Assembly: GCA_016839515.1 (NCBI GenBank)
Contig: JAEOUE010000186.1
Span: 1 to 16,106, forward strand
Length of the DNA: 16,106 nucleotides
Reading direction: 5' to 3'
From: Candidatus Hodarchaeum mangrovi
Lineage (GTDB): Archaea > Asgardarchaeota > Heimdallarchaeia > Hodarchaeales > Hodarchaeaceae
Positions 8,323 through 16,106 of the stretch are shown one piece after another. Position 1 is the stretch's first letter. Each line of letters opens with the position of its first letter. The notes under the pieces were generated by a model. That model had not been told where the DNA came from. It saw only the letters and a list, made by a program, of their open reading frames with translations, and made no database searches. The translations under genes and the position numbers were made by a program.

Positions 8323-10239
8323 ATGACAAAATACACTTCTTATCAAGAGGCACATAAATTATCGCTTAAAAACCCAAAAGAATTTTGGGAACAAGAAGCT
8401 GAGAAATTACATTGGTATAAAAAATGGGATAAAGTTCTAGATGATTCAAAGTCTCCGTTCTTTCGATGGTTTGTAGGGGGAAAAACAAATCTGTGCTATA
8501 ATGCCCTCGATCGTCATGCACTAGGAGAAAAACGGGGAACAGCAGCGTTAATCTGGGAAAGTCCTGAAACAAATCAAACCAAAGTATATACTTTTTATTC
8601 CTTATATAAAGAGGTAAATAAATTTGCAGGAGTATTGAAAAATCTCGGAATAAAGAAAGGAGATCGTATTATAATTTATATGCCTATGATTCCCGAAGCG
8701 ATTATTTCGATGCTAGCCTGTGTGAGAATTGGAGCTATTCATGGCGTTGTTTTTGCTGGTTTTAGTCGAGAATCGTTAGCAGGAAGGATCGATGATGCAA
8801 AACCAAAATTATTAATCACAGCAGATTGCGGAAGTCGTGGTGGAAAGCTCGTTAAATTAAAAGAAATTGTCGATGCTGCAATTAATAGCTCAGAGGAGGA
8901 CGTAAAAAGTGTTATTATATATAATCGAAAGTTTGATTCTGAATTGAGAATAACTAAAGGGAGAGATTTAGACTGGGAAGAGCTAATGAAAAAAAAATCC
9001 ATGAAATATGTTCAACCCGAAGAAATGGATTCGAGTGACCCAACTTATATTTTATACACAAGTGGTACAACAGGTAAACCTCGAGGGGTGGTAAGAGATA
9101 CTGGTGGATATATGGTTGCTCTCCACGCATCGATGAATCAAATCTATGATTGCCACCCAACAAATGGCGACATTTATTTCAGTACAAGTGACATTGGATG
9201 GGTGGTAGGACATAGCTACATTGTTTATGCCCCGTTGTTGGCAGGTATCCCAACTATCTTATATGAAGGAACCCCCATTTATCCTGATCCTGGTATTTGG
9301 TGGCGAGTTATGGAAAAATGGGGTGTGACACATGTCTTTTCTGCACCAACTGCTTTTCGAATATTGAAAAAATTTCCGGAATCATGGATTACAGATAGAG
9401 ATCTTTCCTCAATAAAATACTTCTTCATGGCAGGAGAACCATTGGATGAACCAACATATCATTGGGCAAAAGAAGTGTTAAAAACTAAGGTTATTGACCA
9501 TTATTGGCAGACAGAATCAGGTTGGCCGATGTTAACTAATATGCCAGGAATTGAATTAATGGAAATAAAACCTGGATCACCAACAAAACCTGCTATGGGT
9601 TGGGATCTGTTAATTGTAAATGAGAATGGAAATGAGATGCCTCGAGGAGAAAAAGGAACATTGGTTTGCAGACCACCTCTTCCTCCTGGAACCCTTATGA
9701 CTGTTTACAACGATGATATACGGTATAAAACCTCCTATTGGGAAATATTTCCCAAGAAACAGCTTTATTATACTGGAGATTATGCAATCCAGGATGGCGA
9801 TGGATACTTCTGGATTCTTGGCAGAGCAGATGAAGTTATCAAAATTGCAGGCCATAGATTGGGAACTCGTGAAATTGAAGAAGCGATTTCCTCTCATAAA
9901 GCTGTAGCAGAAACTTCATGTATAGGGGTTGAGGATAAATTAAAAGGGACTGTAGTTATTGCATTTGTTGTACTAAGAGAAGGATTTACAGTATCAGATA
10001 CTTTAAAGCAAGAAGTTGTTGATGTAGTTCGAGAACAAATAGGTCCTATAGCTGCTCCAAAGGCAGTGGAAGTAGTAAAAATTCTTCCAAAAACAAGATC
10101 AGGGAAAATTATGAGACGGGTTTTAAAAGGAGTATATGAGGAAAAACAATTAGGTGATCTTTCAACAATCGAAGATGGTGCTTCTATTGATGAAGTTTCT
10201 AACGCTATTAATGAAATGAAAAAGGAGCTAGGAAAATAA
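8323..10239 (+). CDS. prpE: Propionate--CoA ligase / acetate--CoA ligase family (AMP-forming acyl-CoA synthetase)
   Basis: WFVGGKTNLCYNALDRH, AMP-binding YILYTSGTTGKPRG, SDIGWVVGHSYIVYAPL, DHYWQTESGWP (PrpE-type), PKTRSGKIMRR with the catalytic Lys. The PrpE versus Acs assignment is moderately certain. Confidence 0.85.
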   Translation: MTKYTSYQEAHKLSLKNPKEFWEQEAEKLHWYKKWDKVLDDSKSPFFRWFVGGKTNLCYNALDRHALGEKRGTAALIWESPETNQTKVYTFYSLYKEVNKFAGVLKNLGIKKGDRIIIYMPMIPEAIISMLACVRIGAIHGVVFAGFSRESLAGRIDDAKPKLLITADCGSRGGKLVKLKEIVDAAINSSEEDVKSVIIYNRKFDSELRITKGRDLDWEELMKKKSMKYVQPEEMDSSDPTYILYTSGTTGKPRGVVRDTGGYMVALHASMNQIYDCHPTNGDIYFSTSDIGWVVGHSYIVYAPLLAGIPTILYEGTPIYPDPGIWWRVMEKWGVTHVFSAPTAFRILKKFPESWITDRDLSSIKYFFMAGEPLDEPTYHWAKEVLKTKVIDHYWQTESGWPMLTNMPGIELMEIKPGSPTKPAMGWDLLIVNENGNEMPRGEKGTLVCRPPLPPGTLMTVYNDDIRYKTSYWEIFPKKQLYYTGDYAIQDGDGYFWILGRADEVIKIAGHRLGTREIEEAISSHKAVAETSCIGVEDKLKGTVVIAFVVLREGFTVSDTLKQEVVDVVREQIGPIAAPKAVEVVKILPKTRSGKIMRRVLKGVYEEKQLGDLSTIEDGASIDEVSNAINEMKKELGK

Positions 10240-10244
10240 ACCTT

Positions 10245-10390
10245 AATTTTTTCACTTCATCTATTAAACTGATTAAAAATGGATTAGATTCTAAATTTTA
10301 AAGGAAAATCTAAACATTAATAGCTTAATAATATTAATGTAAGAATTCTCATTAGTTCAAATAGAATAAAAAATAGAAAAAAAGGAAAAA
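10245..10390. terminator. Convergent intergenic region with T-tracts on both strands (archaeal-type terminators)
   Basis: A TTTTTT run directly follows the prpE stop. A-rich AAAAAATAGAAAAAAAGGAAAAA (T-tracts on the minus strand) follows the HAAS gene stop. Confidence 0.45.
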
Positions 10391-10408
10391 ATCGCCCTCC
10401 TTATGCTT

Positions 10409-11500
10409 TTAAATTAAGGATTTTCGATCGCTTGTCTTCCAAGCCCCAAATTTAAAGATATCATAGAGAGCTTGGATGAAAGATATGATTCCACCAATAC
10501 CTATCATAAATTGAACGATTACATCCAAATTTTGAAATAAAGTAGTAAAATCAGGATCAGCTATTAAATCTGCAGGGAGTGCAGCATTTGCTGCAAGTTG
10601 GACAGTAAAAGGGTAGAAGAGAAGAAGGACCACTGCGCTCCCTGCTCCAATAAGATTTTTTACAGCAGAGAGAAGGCGGGAAATTCGTATTTTTCCAAAA
10701 AGTACTAAAAATCCTGAATAGAATAAACTAGCACCTAGTGAGATATAAACAGCCAAAGCTCCAACGAAATACCAATTTTCGTTAAATAATGGAAATCCAG
10801 TTATGTCCAAGTAAAAAAGAAATGCAATAAATATTACAATGAATACTCCACCAATAAAACCACCCAGATGTTCTCCAAAAGCACTCCAAAATCCAACTTC
10901 TTTTGGTGCTTCTGCCTCTGCTTCTTTATAGAACACAACTTTTTGAGTTTTAGGAGGAGGGGTGGTATAACGTTTCAGCTCTTCTTTCATCTCTTCATAC
11001 GATCGTTGAAAAGACCAGCGTAATTTGTGTAATTGCTCTTTGAATAGGCGTTCATCACTAATATAGAGAGCCAGAATAAAAACCCCCATTACCATTAAAC
11101 CTAATAAGAACGAAGTCAGTGCAATGAATGGATTATTAGAAATTAATTGAAGAATCCAAGAAAATAAAATGACTGCAGCAACACCAACTACTGCTAATAC
11201 AATAAATTGTTCATTTTGAACCTTAGTCTCTGGAGTTCGTAATGGAGTCTTCCATTCGGTACCTTCTGCATCTTCCTCTAAAAATTTAGAAGCTAATGCT
11301 TTTGGATCTTCCATCATCATTAAAGCTTGTTCAAAACACTCTTGAATGGATAAACCTTTGCCTTTATCACTTATTCGGTTAGATAAATCCCAAATATGAG
11401 CACGAAGCTCCTTTAGTATTTGTTCTTTGTCAGGAAGAGGTTCTAGATATTCTGCAACCTTAGCAAGATATTCTTCGACATTTTCATATGATTGAGTCAC
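10409..11500 (-). CDS. Membrane protein with N-terminal HAAS (DUF1700-like) signalling domain
   Basis: N-terminal VEEYLAKVAEYL..DKEQILKELRAHI...EQALMMMEDPKALA pattern, then about 6 hydrophobic segments; directly downstream of PadR. The start is placed at GTG 11500 behind an AGGTGA SD (11511-11506); the ORF track start is 11509. Confidence 0.8.
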   Translation of the reverse strand: MTQSYENVEEYLAKVAEYLEPLPDKEQILKELRAHIWDLSNRISDKGKGLSIQECFEQALMMMEDPKALASKFLEEDAEGTEWKTPLRTPETKVQNEQFIVLAVVGVAAVILFSWILQLISNNPFIALTSFLLGLMVMGVFILALYISDERLFKEQLHKLRWSFQRSYEEMKEELKRYTTPPPKTQKVVFYKEAEAEAPKEVGFWSAFGEHLGGFIGGVFIVIFIAFLFYLDITGFPLFNENWYFVGALAVYISLGASLFYSGFLVLFGKIRISRLLSAVKNLIGAGSAVVLLLFYPFTVQLAANAALPADLIADPDFTTLFQNLDVIVQFMIGIGGIISFIQALYDIFKFGAWKTSDRKSLI

Positions 11501-11511
11501 AAAATTCACCT

Positions 11512-11883
11512 TTAAATTCGTTTAACCAGTCGTTCTAATAATTTATAATAATATTCCCAATTTTCCCATAGAGCATAATAAGCACGTTCTCCTTTGGGTG
11601 TTAAAAAATAATATTTTCTAGCTGGACCTGAAGAGGATTCCCCAAGATTGGAATCAATGAGTCCATCTCTTTGTAATCGACGCAAAATTGCATAAAATAT
11701 GGCTTTTGTACCATCCATTTCACCATCTGTGGCATTAAATAATGTTTCACCAATAAGATAACCATAAATTCCTTCATCTTGGTGTTGTTTAATGATTGCC
11801 AATAAAGCGAGCCTTAAGCTGCTATTAGCTAGTTGTTCCTGTTCTTTCGTTACCCATCTAGAAACATCATCGGTTTCTGACAT
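11512..11883 (-). CDS. PadR family transcriptional regulator
   Basis: LRLALLAII...IYGYLI...IFYAILRRLQRDGLI...SSGPARKYYFLTPKG...W motif series typical of the PadR winged helix. Confidence 0.93.
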   Translation of the reverse strand: MSETDDVSRWVTKEQEQLANSSLRLALLAIIKQHQDEGIYGYLIGETLFNATDGEMDGTKAIFYAILRRLQRDGLIDSNLGESSSGPARKYYFLTPKGERAYYALWENWEYYYKLLERLVKRI

Positions 11884-11921
11884 TTTTTTTCTCTCATAGT
11901 ATTATTGGTTATATTATTAAA

Positions 11922-11964
11922 ATTATTATCGTCACTAATATCGGTACTAATATCTATTTTTAAA
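11922..11964 (-). promoter_or_regulatory. Candidate PadR-operon promoter (TATA TTTAAAAA) with 12-bp-period repeats as possible operator
   Basis: Minus-strand AAAGTTTAAAAA is followed by GATATTAGT x2 (ACTAATATC at 11934-11942 and 11946-11954) plus a degenerate third copy at 11922-11930. Confidence 0.45.
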
Positions 11965-12221
11965 CTTTAGCATCAGGGTAAAAAAGACTATCATCTTTTA
12001 TATTAAAACAGATTATCATCCACCTCTTGGTTGTTTTATAATTGATTCTATCTCATCTGAATAAAATTTACCTCTCCTGATGAAAATAGATTAGTTATTT
12101 TTCATTTATTGATAGGTCTAGGTGAATATGTGATTAAGCATTTTTAAAGTACATAAGAGTTACAAAAAGATACATATGAAACAGATTCCCTTTCGTAACT
12201 AAATTCTCAAGACATCCTTCA

Positions 12222-12235
12222 CGAAAAATTTAAGT
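12222..12235 (+). promoter_or_regulatory. Candidate archaeal BRE/TATA (CGAAAA-ATTTAAG) for a leaderless transcript
   Basis: It lies about 25-30 nt upstream of ATG 12260, which has no SD. Confidence 0.45.
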
Positions 12236-12259
12236 GTTCTTATTAAAAAAATAATTCCT

Positions 12260-12544
12260 ATGCCTCTCAAAAAGATTAAACTTGAAATTACCAATATTCT
12301 TGGGGATGGAAACTGTCCTGCTGGACATAAAATTGGAGACAAATTTGATTATCCCACAGACAGTGGAAAAATATGTCAAAGTGCAATGAATTCAATCTAC
12401 CCCTCAATTCAAGTTATTGCTTCAGGTGGTAGATTTCCATGGTTTAATCCCGAAAAACCAAACGAATGGGAACGATGTTGTCCTGATCCAAAACGTCCAG
12501 TAGTCTTTAAAATTATAGGCTACGACCCTGAACAAGGGATATAA
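12260..12544 (+). CDS. TIGR04076-like small Cys-rich protein
   Basis: CPAGHKIGDKF...ICQSAMNSIYP...GGRFPW...CCPDPKRPVVFKI pattern. Confidence 0.8.
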   Translation: MPLKKIKLEITNILGDGNCPAGHKIGDKFDYPTDSGKICQSAMNSIYPSIQVIASGGRFPWFNPEKPNEWERCCPDPKRPVVFKIIGYDPEQGI

Positions 12545-12724
12545 AAATGTAGGTTAAATTATTTCAAGTCACAATAAATTTCAATTGAATCAAGATTATC
12601 TTTTCTATTATCTTTTTAGACGATTTAAACATATTCAAGAAGCTAATAATTTGCTCTACTTAAACATCAATTATCATCTAATGCAGGAACTCTATCTAGA
12701 AATTTAAATTACAATTTTTAGCGA

Positions 12725-12741
12725 TTCTAGATAATCTAGAA
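12725..12741. repeat. Perfect inverted repeat TTCTAGAT-A-ATCTAGAA
   Basis: 8-bp arms with a 1-nt spacer, seen directly; an extra half-site ATCTAGAA lies at 12694-12701. Confidence 0.7.
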
Positions 12742-12878
12742 GGAGAATCTATTTCATCTAAAAAGAACTATTTTATTAGTTGAGTTACATATCGTGTGAA
12801 AAATTACCCTCATTCTTTTTATGTATTCCTTGGTTCACATCTGTGATAAGTATTTAGAAACTCTGTTATTCCGAATGT

Positions 12879-12898
12879 GTCTATTGAGGTCTATTGAG
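12879..12898 (+). repeat. Tandem 10-bp duplication (GTCTATTGAG)x2
   Basis: Seen directly, immediately upstream of ribokinase ATG 12900; the junction contains the SD-like GAGGT. Confidence 0.8.
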
Positions 12899-12899
12899 C

Positions 12900-13865
12900 A
12901 TGTCGAGCAAAGATAAAGTATTGGTAATCGGTTCTAGTAATGTTGATTTAAATATTTATTCTAAAAAATTTCCTATTCCAGGAGAAACAGTTACAGGAGG
13001 AAGATTTATACAATCCTTTGGAGGTAAAGGAGCTAATCAGGCTGTAGCCTCTGTTCGTTCTGGTTCGAAGACAGTATTTATAGGAAAACTTGGTCAAGAT
13101 TCTTTTGGGAACCAAATGATAGAGAATTTAAATCGAGAAGGCATAGACGTTCACAAAGTGTTTAGAGATCCTAAACACGCAAGTGGAGTTGCTTTTATCC
13201 TAATTGATTCCTCAGGTCAAAATATGATTAGTGTTGCTCCTGGAGCAAATAAAAAATTAACCCCTCAAGACATAATTTCATGTAAGGATTTGATTAAAAG
13301 TGCGAAAACTATTATTATGCAAATGGAAATTTCTCTTGAAGTCATTCAAGCAGTAATAGACTGTACCCAACAAAAGAAAATAATAAAAATCCTTAATCCA
13401 GCACCTTTTAAACCAATGACACTAGATTTTGTCCGACAGTTTGATATTATCACTCCAAATGAACATGAAATCGCTCAGCTTCACTCTTCCCTAGCTTTAC
13501 CTCCCCCAAAGGAGGATAATTTTTTTAAAAAATTAAGTACAATTAATACAGATCTCCTGGAAATAGGTATTCAAAGTATTGTTATCACTTTAGGAAACAA
13601 AGGGTGTGTGGTTTCTACTCCAAATAATAATTTTTCTCATATTGAAGCTATTAAGGTGAAAGCAGTAGATACTGTTGGAGCTGGAGATTGTTTTAATGGT
13701 GTTTTAGCTAGTTATTTAACAAAAAGGAAGGAAATATTTGAAGCAGCTCAGATAGCCAATATTGCAGCATCAATTGCTGTAACTAGAAAAGGTGCTCAAT
13801 TATCCATGCCCTTTGAAGCTGAGATTCAAAAAGAGTTTGAATCACTTTATAATAAGACTATATAA
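12900..13865 (+). CDS. rbsK: Ribokinase (PfkB family)
   Basis: IGSSNVDL, PGETV, GGKGANQAVA, APGAN, LNPAP, TPNEHE, DTVGAGDCFNG, GAQLSMP. ATG 12900 is preferred over TTG 12894. Confidence 0.93.
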   Translation: MSSKDKVLVIGSSNVDLNIYSKKFPIPGETVTGGRFIQSFGGKGANQAVASVRSGSKTVFIGKLGQDSFGNQMIENLNREGIDVHKVFRDPKHASGVAFILIDSSGQNMISVAPGANKKLTPQDIISCKDLIKSAKTIIMQMEISLEVIQAVIDCTQQKKIIKILNPAPFKPMTLDFVRQFDIITPNEHEIAQLHSSLALPPPKEDNFFKKLSTINTDLLEIGIQSIVITLGNKGCVVSTPNNNFSHIEAIKVKAVDTVGAGDCFNGVLASYLTKRKEIFEAAQIANIAASIAVTRKGAQLSMPFEAEIQKEFESLYNKTI

Positions 13866-13908
13866 TCAAATTGGAAAAATGAAGACGAGTAGATAAGGTG
13901 TAATTATC

Positions 13909-13923
13909 AAAAAGGTTATAATA
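13909..13923 (+). promoter_or_regulatory. Candidate archaeal promoter (purine-rich BRE AAAAAGG + TTATAATA)
   Basis: It lies about 46 nt upstream of ATG 13970, with GGGAG SD at 13957-13961. Confidence 0.5.
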
Positions 13924-13969
13924 CAAAAAGATCTGAAAGAATTTTATTCGATTTATGGGAGCGTTTTAA

Positions 13970-14782
13970 ATGATTAAATTTTGTACTAATTGTGGAAAAG
14001 AACTAACAAGTGAACGGTTCTGTGTTAATTGTGGACATGATTCTTGGAGTGATTTCACTTCAAAAGAGCCAATATCACGACCAGTTGTGGAAAACTTACA
14101 ACCTGTGATTAATTCTCCTGGAACAAGAACATTTAGTTATACAAGTCTTATTTTCGGATTAATACCTTTAATAATACTCATTATGGTTTTTGTACCAATT
14201 CCAGGAGTGGAATTTATAGCAGATTTGATTAGTTATTCAGCTATTCCATTATTTGCTTTTGGATTATTTCAATTTGTAAAGGAATTACCTATTCAAATGC
14301 AATCTGAAGGTAAATTTGTTATAAATATTTTAGTATTTTATAGCATAATTAGTATTATTTACGACTTTGTAATGGTAAATTTCATTCCTGAAATACCTGA
14401 AAATGCATCTCTAGAGACATTACAAAGTATAATAATAATTTTAATTGTCATGATTGCTTTAGGGATTGCTATTGAAACCATTATGCTATTGGGATCTTTA
14501 AAATTTACCACTTGGTTTAATAATTTGCTGATTCAACTTAGAATCCCAGGATCTACAACTAGATTGAAATGGTTTGCTCTCATTGGCCTTATTTCCATGG
14601 GATTCATGTTTATAGCAATGTTAATAATATTATATTCCTTATCAATCCACTCTCAAGATATTTTTGAATCATCATATCTCTTCTTGGGGATAAGTTCTCT
14701 ATTAGTTCTAGTGCAAATCATAATGCAATTTCTAGCAGGATATAAGATTTATAAATTAGTCACTAGTCCAACTATATGGTAA
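13970..14782 (+). CDS. Zinc-ribbon domain multi-pass membrane protein
   Basis: N-terminal FCTNCG-x6-RFCVNCG ribbon, Pro/Ser linker, about 6 hydrophobic helices. Confidence 0.85.
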   Translation: MIKFCTNCGKELTSERFCVNCGHDSWSDFTSKEPISRPVVENLQPVINSPGTRTFSYTSLIFGLIPLIILIMVFVPIPGVEFIADLISYSAIPLFAFGLFQFVKELPIQMQSEGKFVINILVFYSIISIIYDFVMVNFIPEIPENASLETLQSIIIILIVMIALGIAIETIMLLGSLKFTTWFNNLLIQLRIPGSTTRLKWFALIGLISMGFMFIAMLIILYSLSIHSQDIFESSYLFLGISSLLVLVQIIMQFLAGYKIYKLVTSPTIW

Positions 14783-14829
14783 TATTAGCTCTGTAAATAT
14801 GAAATTCATTATCAGTCAATAAATATATG

Positions 14830-15045
14830 TTATCTTCTTCGTCGATTCAAGTAATAGATTACTATAACCAAAACTAGGAGATTTGACATAGGACTAATAA
14901 TTGACAATGGTTTACTAGTATTTGAAGGAGAAACTGTACTTATTGTTGAGTCATATTTCGACATTACTTCTAATTGGAGCGAATAAGAAAGGGTTTCTCC
15001 AGCTTTAATGCTTTTTAGATTAATTGAATATCCAAATCTAAACAT
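14830..15045 (-). pseudogene. Orphan C-terminal fragment of a surface protein (Ser/Thr linker + TM + RRRR)
   Basis: Ends STISTVSPSNTSKPLSIISPMSNLLVLVIVIYYLNRRRR*. There is no signal peptide, and an in-frame stop lies 13 codons upstream of the ATG. Confidence 0.5.
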
Positions 15046-15249
15046 AGGATCATGTTCTAGGATAGCTATAGAACCAAATTATATTGGAAAACTTAATTTA
15101 ATTAATGAATTTAGATCTCATAAATCTAATTTCTGATGGTAAAATTTTCGGAATCTGTGAAGATATTGCAAATTTTTTGGAAGATTATTCTCTTCTTGGG
15201 GTATATGAATCGTAAATATCATATCAAGGAATAAAATACCTGTCTCTGA

Positions 15250-16106
15250 TTATACGTCAAATTCTATTCGTTTAGCTTCCTTTAGGACAAAGAATGCATC
15301 TAGACTTACCCATGGATTCATTTTAGTAGAATTTACTCCCCCCCAATTATAAGGAGACAAATTACTTTTTTCCGTGTAAACTGTAGTATTTATTTTCAGC
15401 TGGAAATCCTCCATCTGGTAAGATTTTTGATTCTAATAAATCTAATGCTGAGTTACAGCGTTTATCTAATATTTTTCCGCATTCAGCTAGAATTTTTAAG
15501 GCACTGAGTAAATCATAATGCCAATAAGAAGGATAAGATAATTTTAACCAATTAGAATCAATAATTTTTTCTGAATTAAACTTTTTATAGAGTTCGCGAA
15601 GAAGAAACAACTCTGAGCTTTGTTTTATAGTTTTTTCAACTACTTTCTGATATACCCCTTTTTTTTGACTCAAATAAGTATTGAGAGCCCGTAAAGGAAT
15701 TAAGCTTTCATGATAAGAGGATTTTGAGGTAGAAGGTTTTTTATCACAATTCCAACCTCCATCTGGCCATTGAAATTCAATTAACCTTTCGATAAGTATT
15801 TTATAGTCATCTATTTCGGCTAGATTTAATTTTAAAAAAATAAACAATCCATTTGCTTCTTGAGGAGCACAAAAACGTTTTAATCCATTAATAGTCTTCT
15901 TACGTGCCCATCGGCTTGCTGATAATAACCATTTTAATTCAAAATATGTACTAGGGAGGAGTAAAGAATCGTTAGGAGGGTACTCTAAGTCAGCTAATAC
16001 TGAAAGTAGCCAGTGAACTCCCTGCCATTTTTTGTAAACATGAAAAGGATTTCTCATTCTATCTTTAGGAAGATATTTAAAAAAGGATTTAACCAATTCT
16101 GAGGAA
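15250..16106 (-). CDS. Prenyltransferase/squalene-cyclase-repeat-like alpha-barrel hypothetical protein, 5'-partial and frameshifted near the C-terminus
   Basis: QWPDGGWNC, WHYDLLSAL and LPDGGFPAE motifs. The frame is open to the window edge. It stops at 15364-15362 after an A6 run, while the +1 frame continues SNLSPYNWGGVNSTKMNPWVSLDAFFVLKEAKRIEFDV* to 15250. Confidence 0.7.

Noticed and set aside
8989-8997. A9 homopolymer in prpE as a phase-variation site
   Set aside because: The frame is intact (KKK), and such runs are expected in AT-rich DNA.
8366-9907. Five short ORFs overlapping prpE
   Set aside because: They are shadow frames of a highly conserved gene.
11971-12082. Possible MITE bounded by CATCAGG...CCTGATG
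   Set aside because: Only 7-bp perfect arms, no clear target-site duplication, and no second copy in the window.
15362-15371. Classic -1 slippery heptamer A_AAA_AAG before the stop
   Set aside because: The -1 frame gives only a short VICLLIIGGE* tail; the family-like continuation is in the +1 frame.
1-16106. CRISPR array, tRNA/rRNA, transposase or integrase
   Set aside because: No regularly spaced repeats, GC-rich structured RNA segments or mobile-element motifs were seen.

Overview
AT-rich prokaryotic window, most likely archaeal: it has GAGGTGA/AGGTGA Shine-Dalgarno sites, BRE+TATA-like promoters, T-tract terminators, Kelch remnants and TM+basic C-terminal anchors. Its style resembles Asgard/Heimdallarchaeia genomes, but that assignment is inference. 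The left end holds a tightly packed 4-gene operon (209-4662): a Gfo/Idh/MocA oxidoreductase, a corrinoid protein, a stand-alone homocysteine S-methyltransferase domain and a pyrrolysine-free MttB-family methyltransferase. Together these look like a split, folate-independent B12 methyl-transfer system from an unknown methylated substrate to homocysteine. A divergent YyaL/SSP411-like protein follows. The rest contains a decayed Kelch/membrane-anchor pseudogene, a metallophosphoesterase with a C-terminal Cys4 finger, a propionate/acetate-CoA ligase, a PadR plus HAAS-domain membrane protein pair, a TIGR04076-like small Cys protein, ribokinase, a zinc-ribbon membrane protein, an orphan C-terminal anchor fragment, and an edge-truncated alpha-barrel-like gene with a one-base frameshift in an A6 run. 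I saw no rRNA, tRNA, CRISPR array or transposase.
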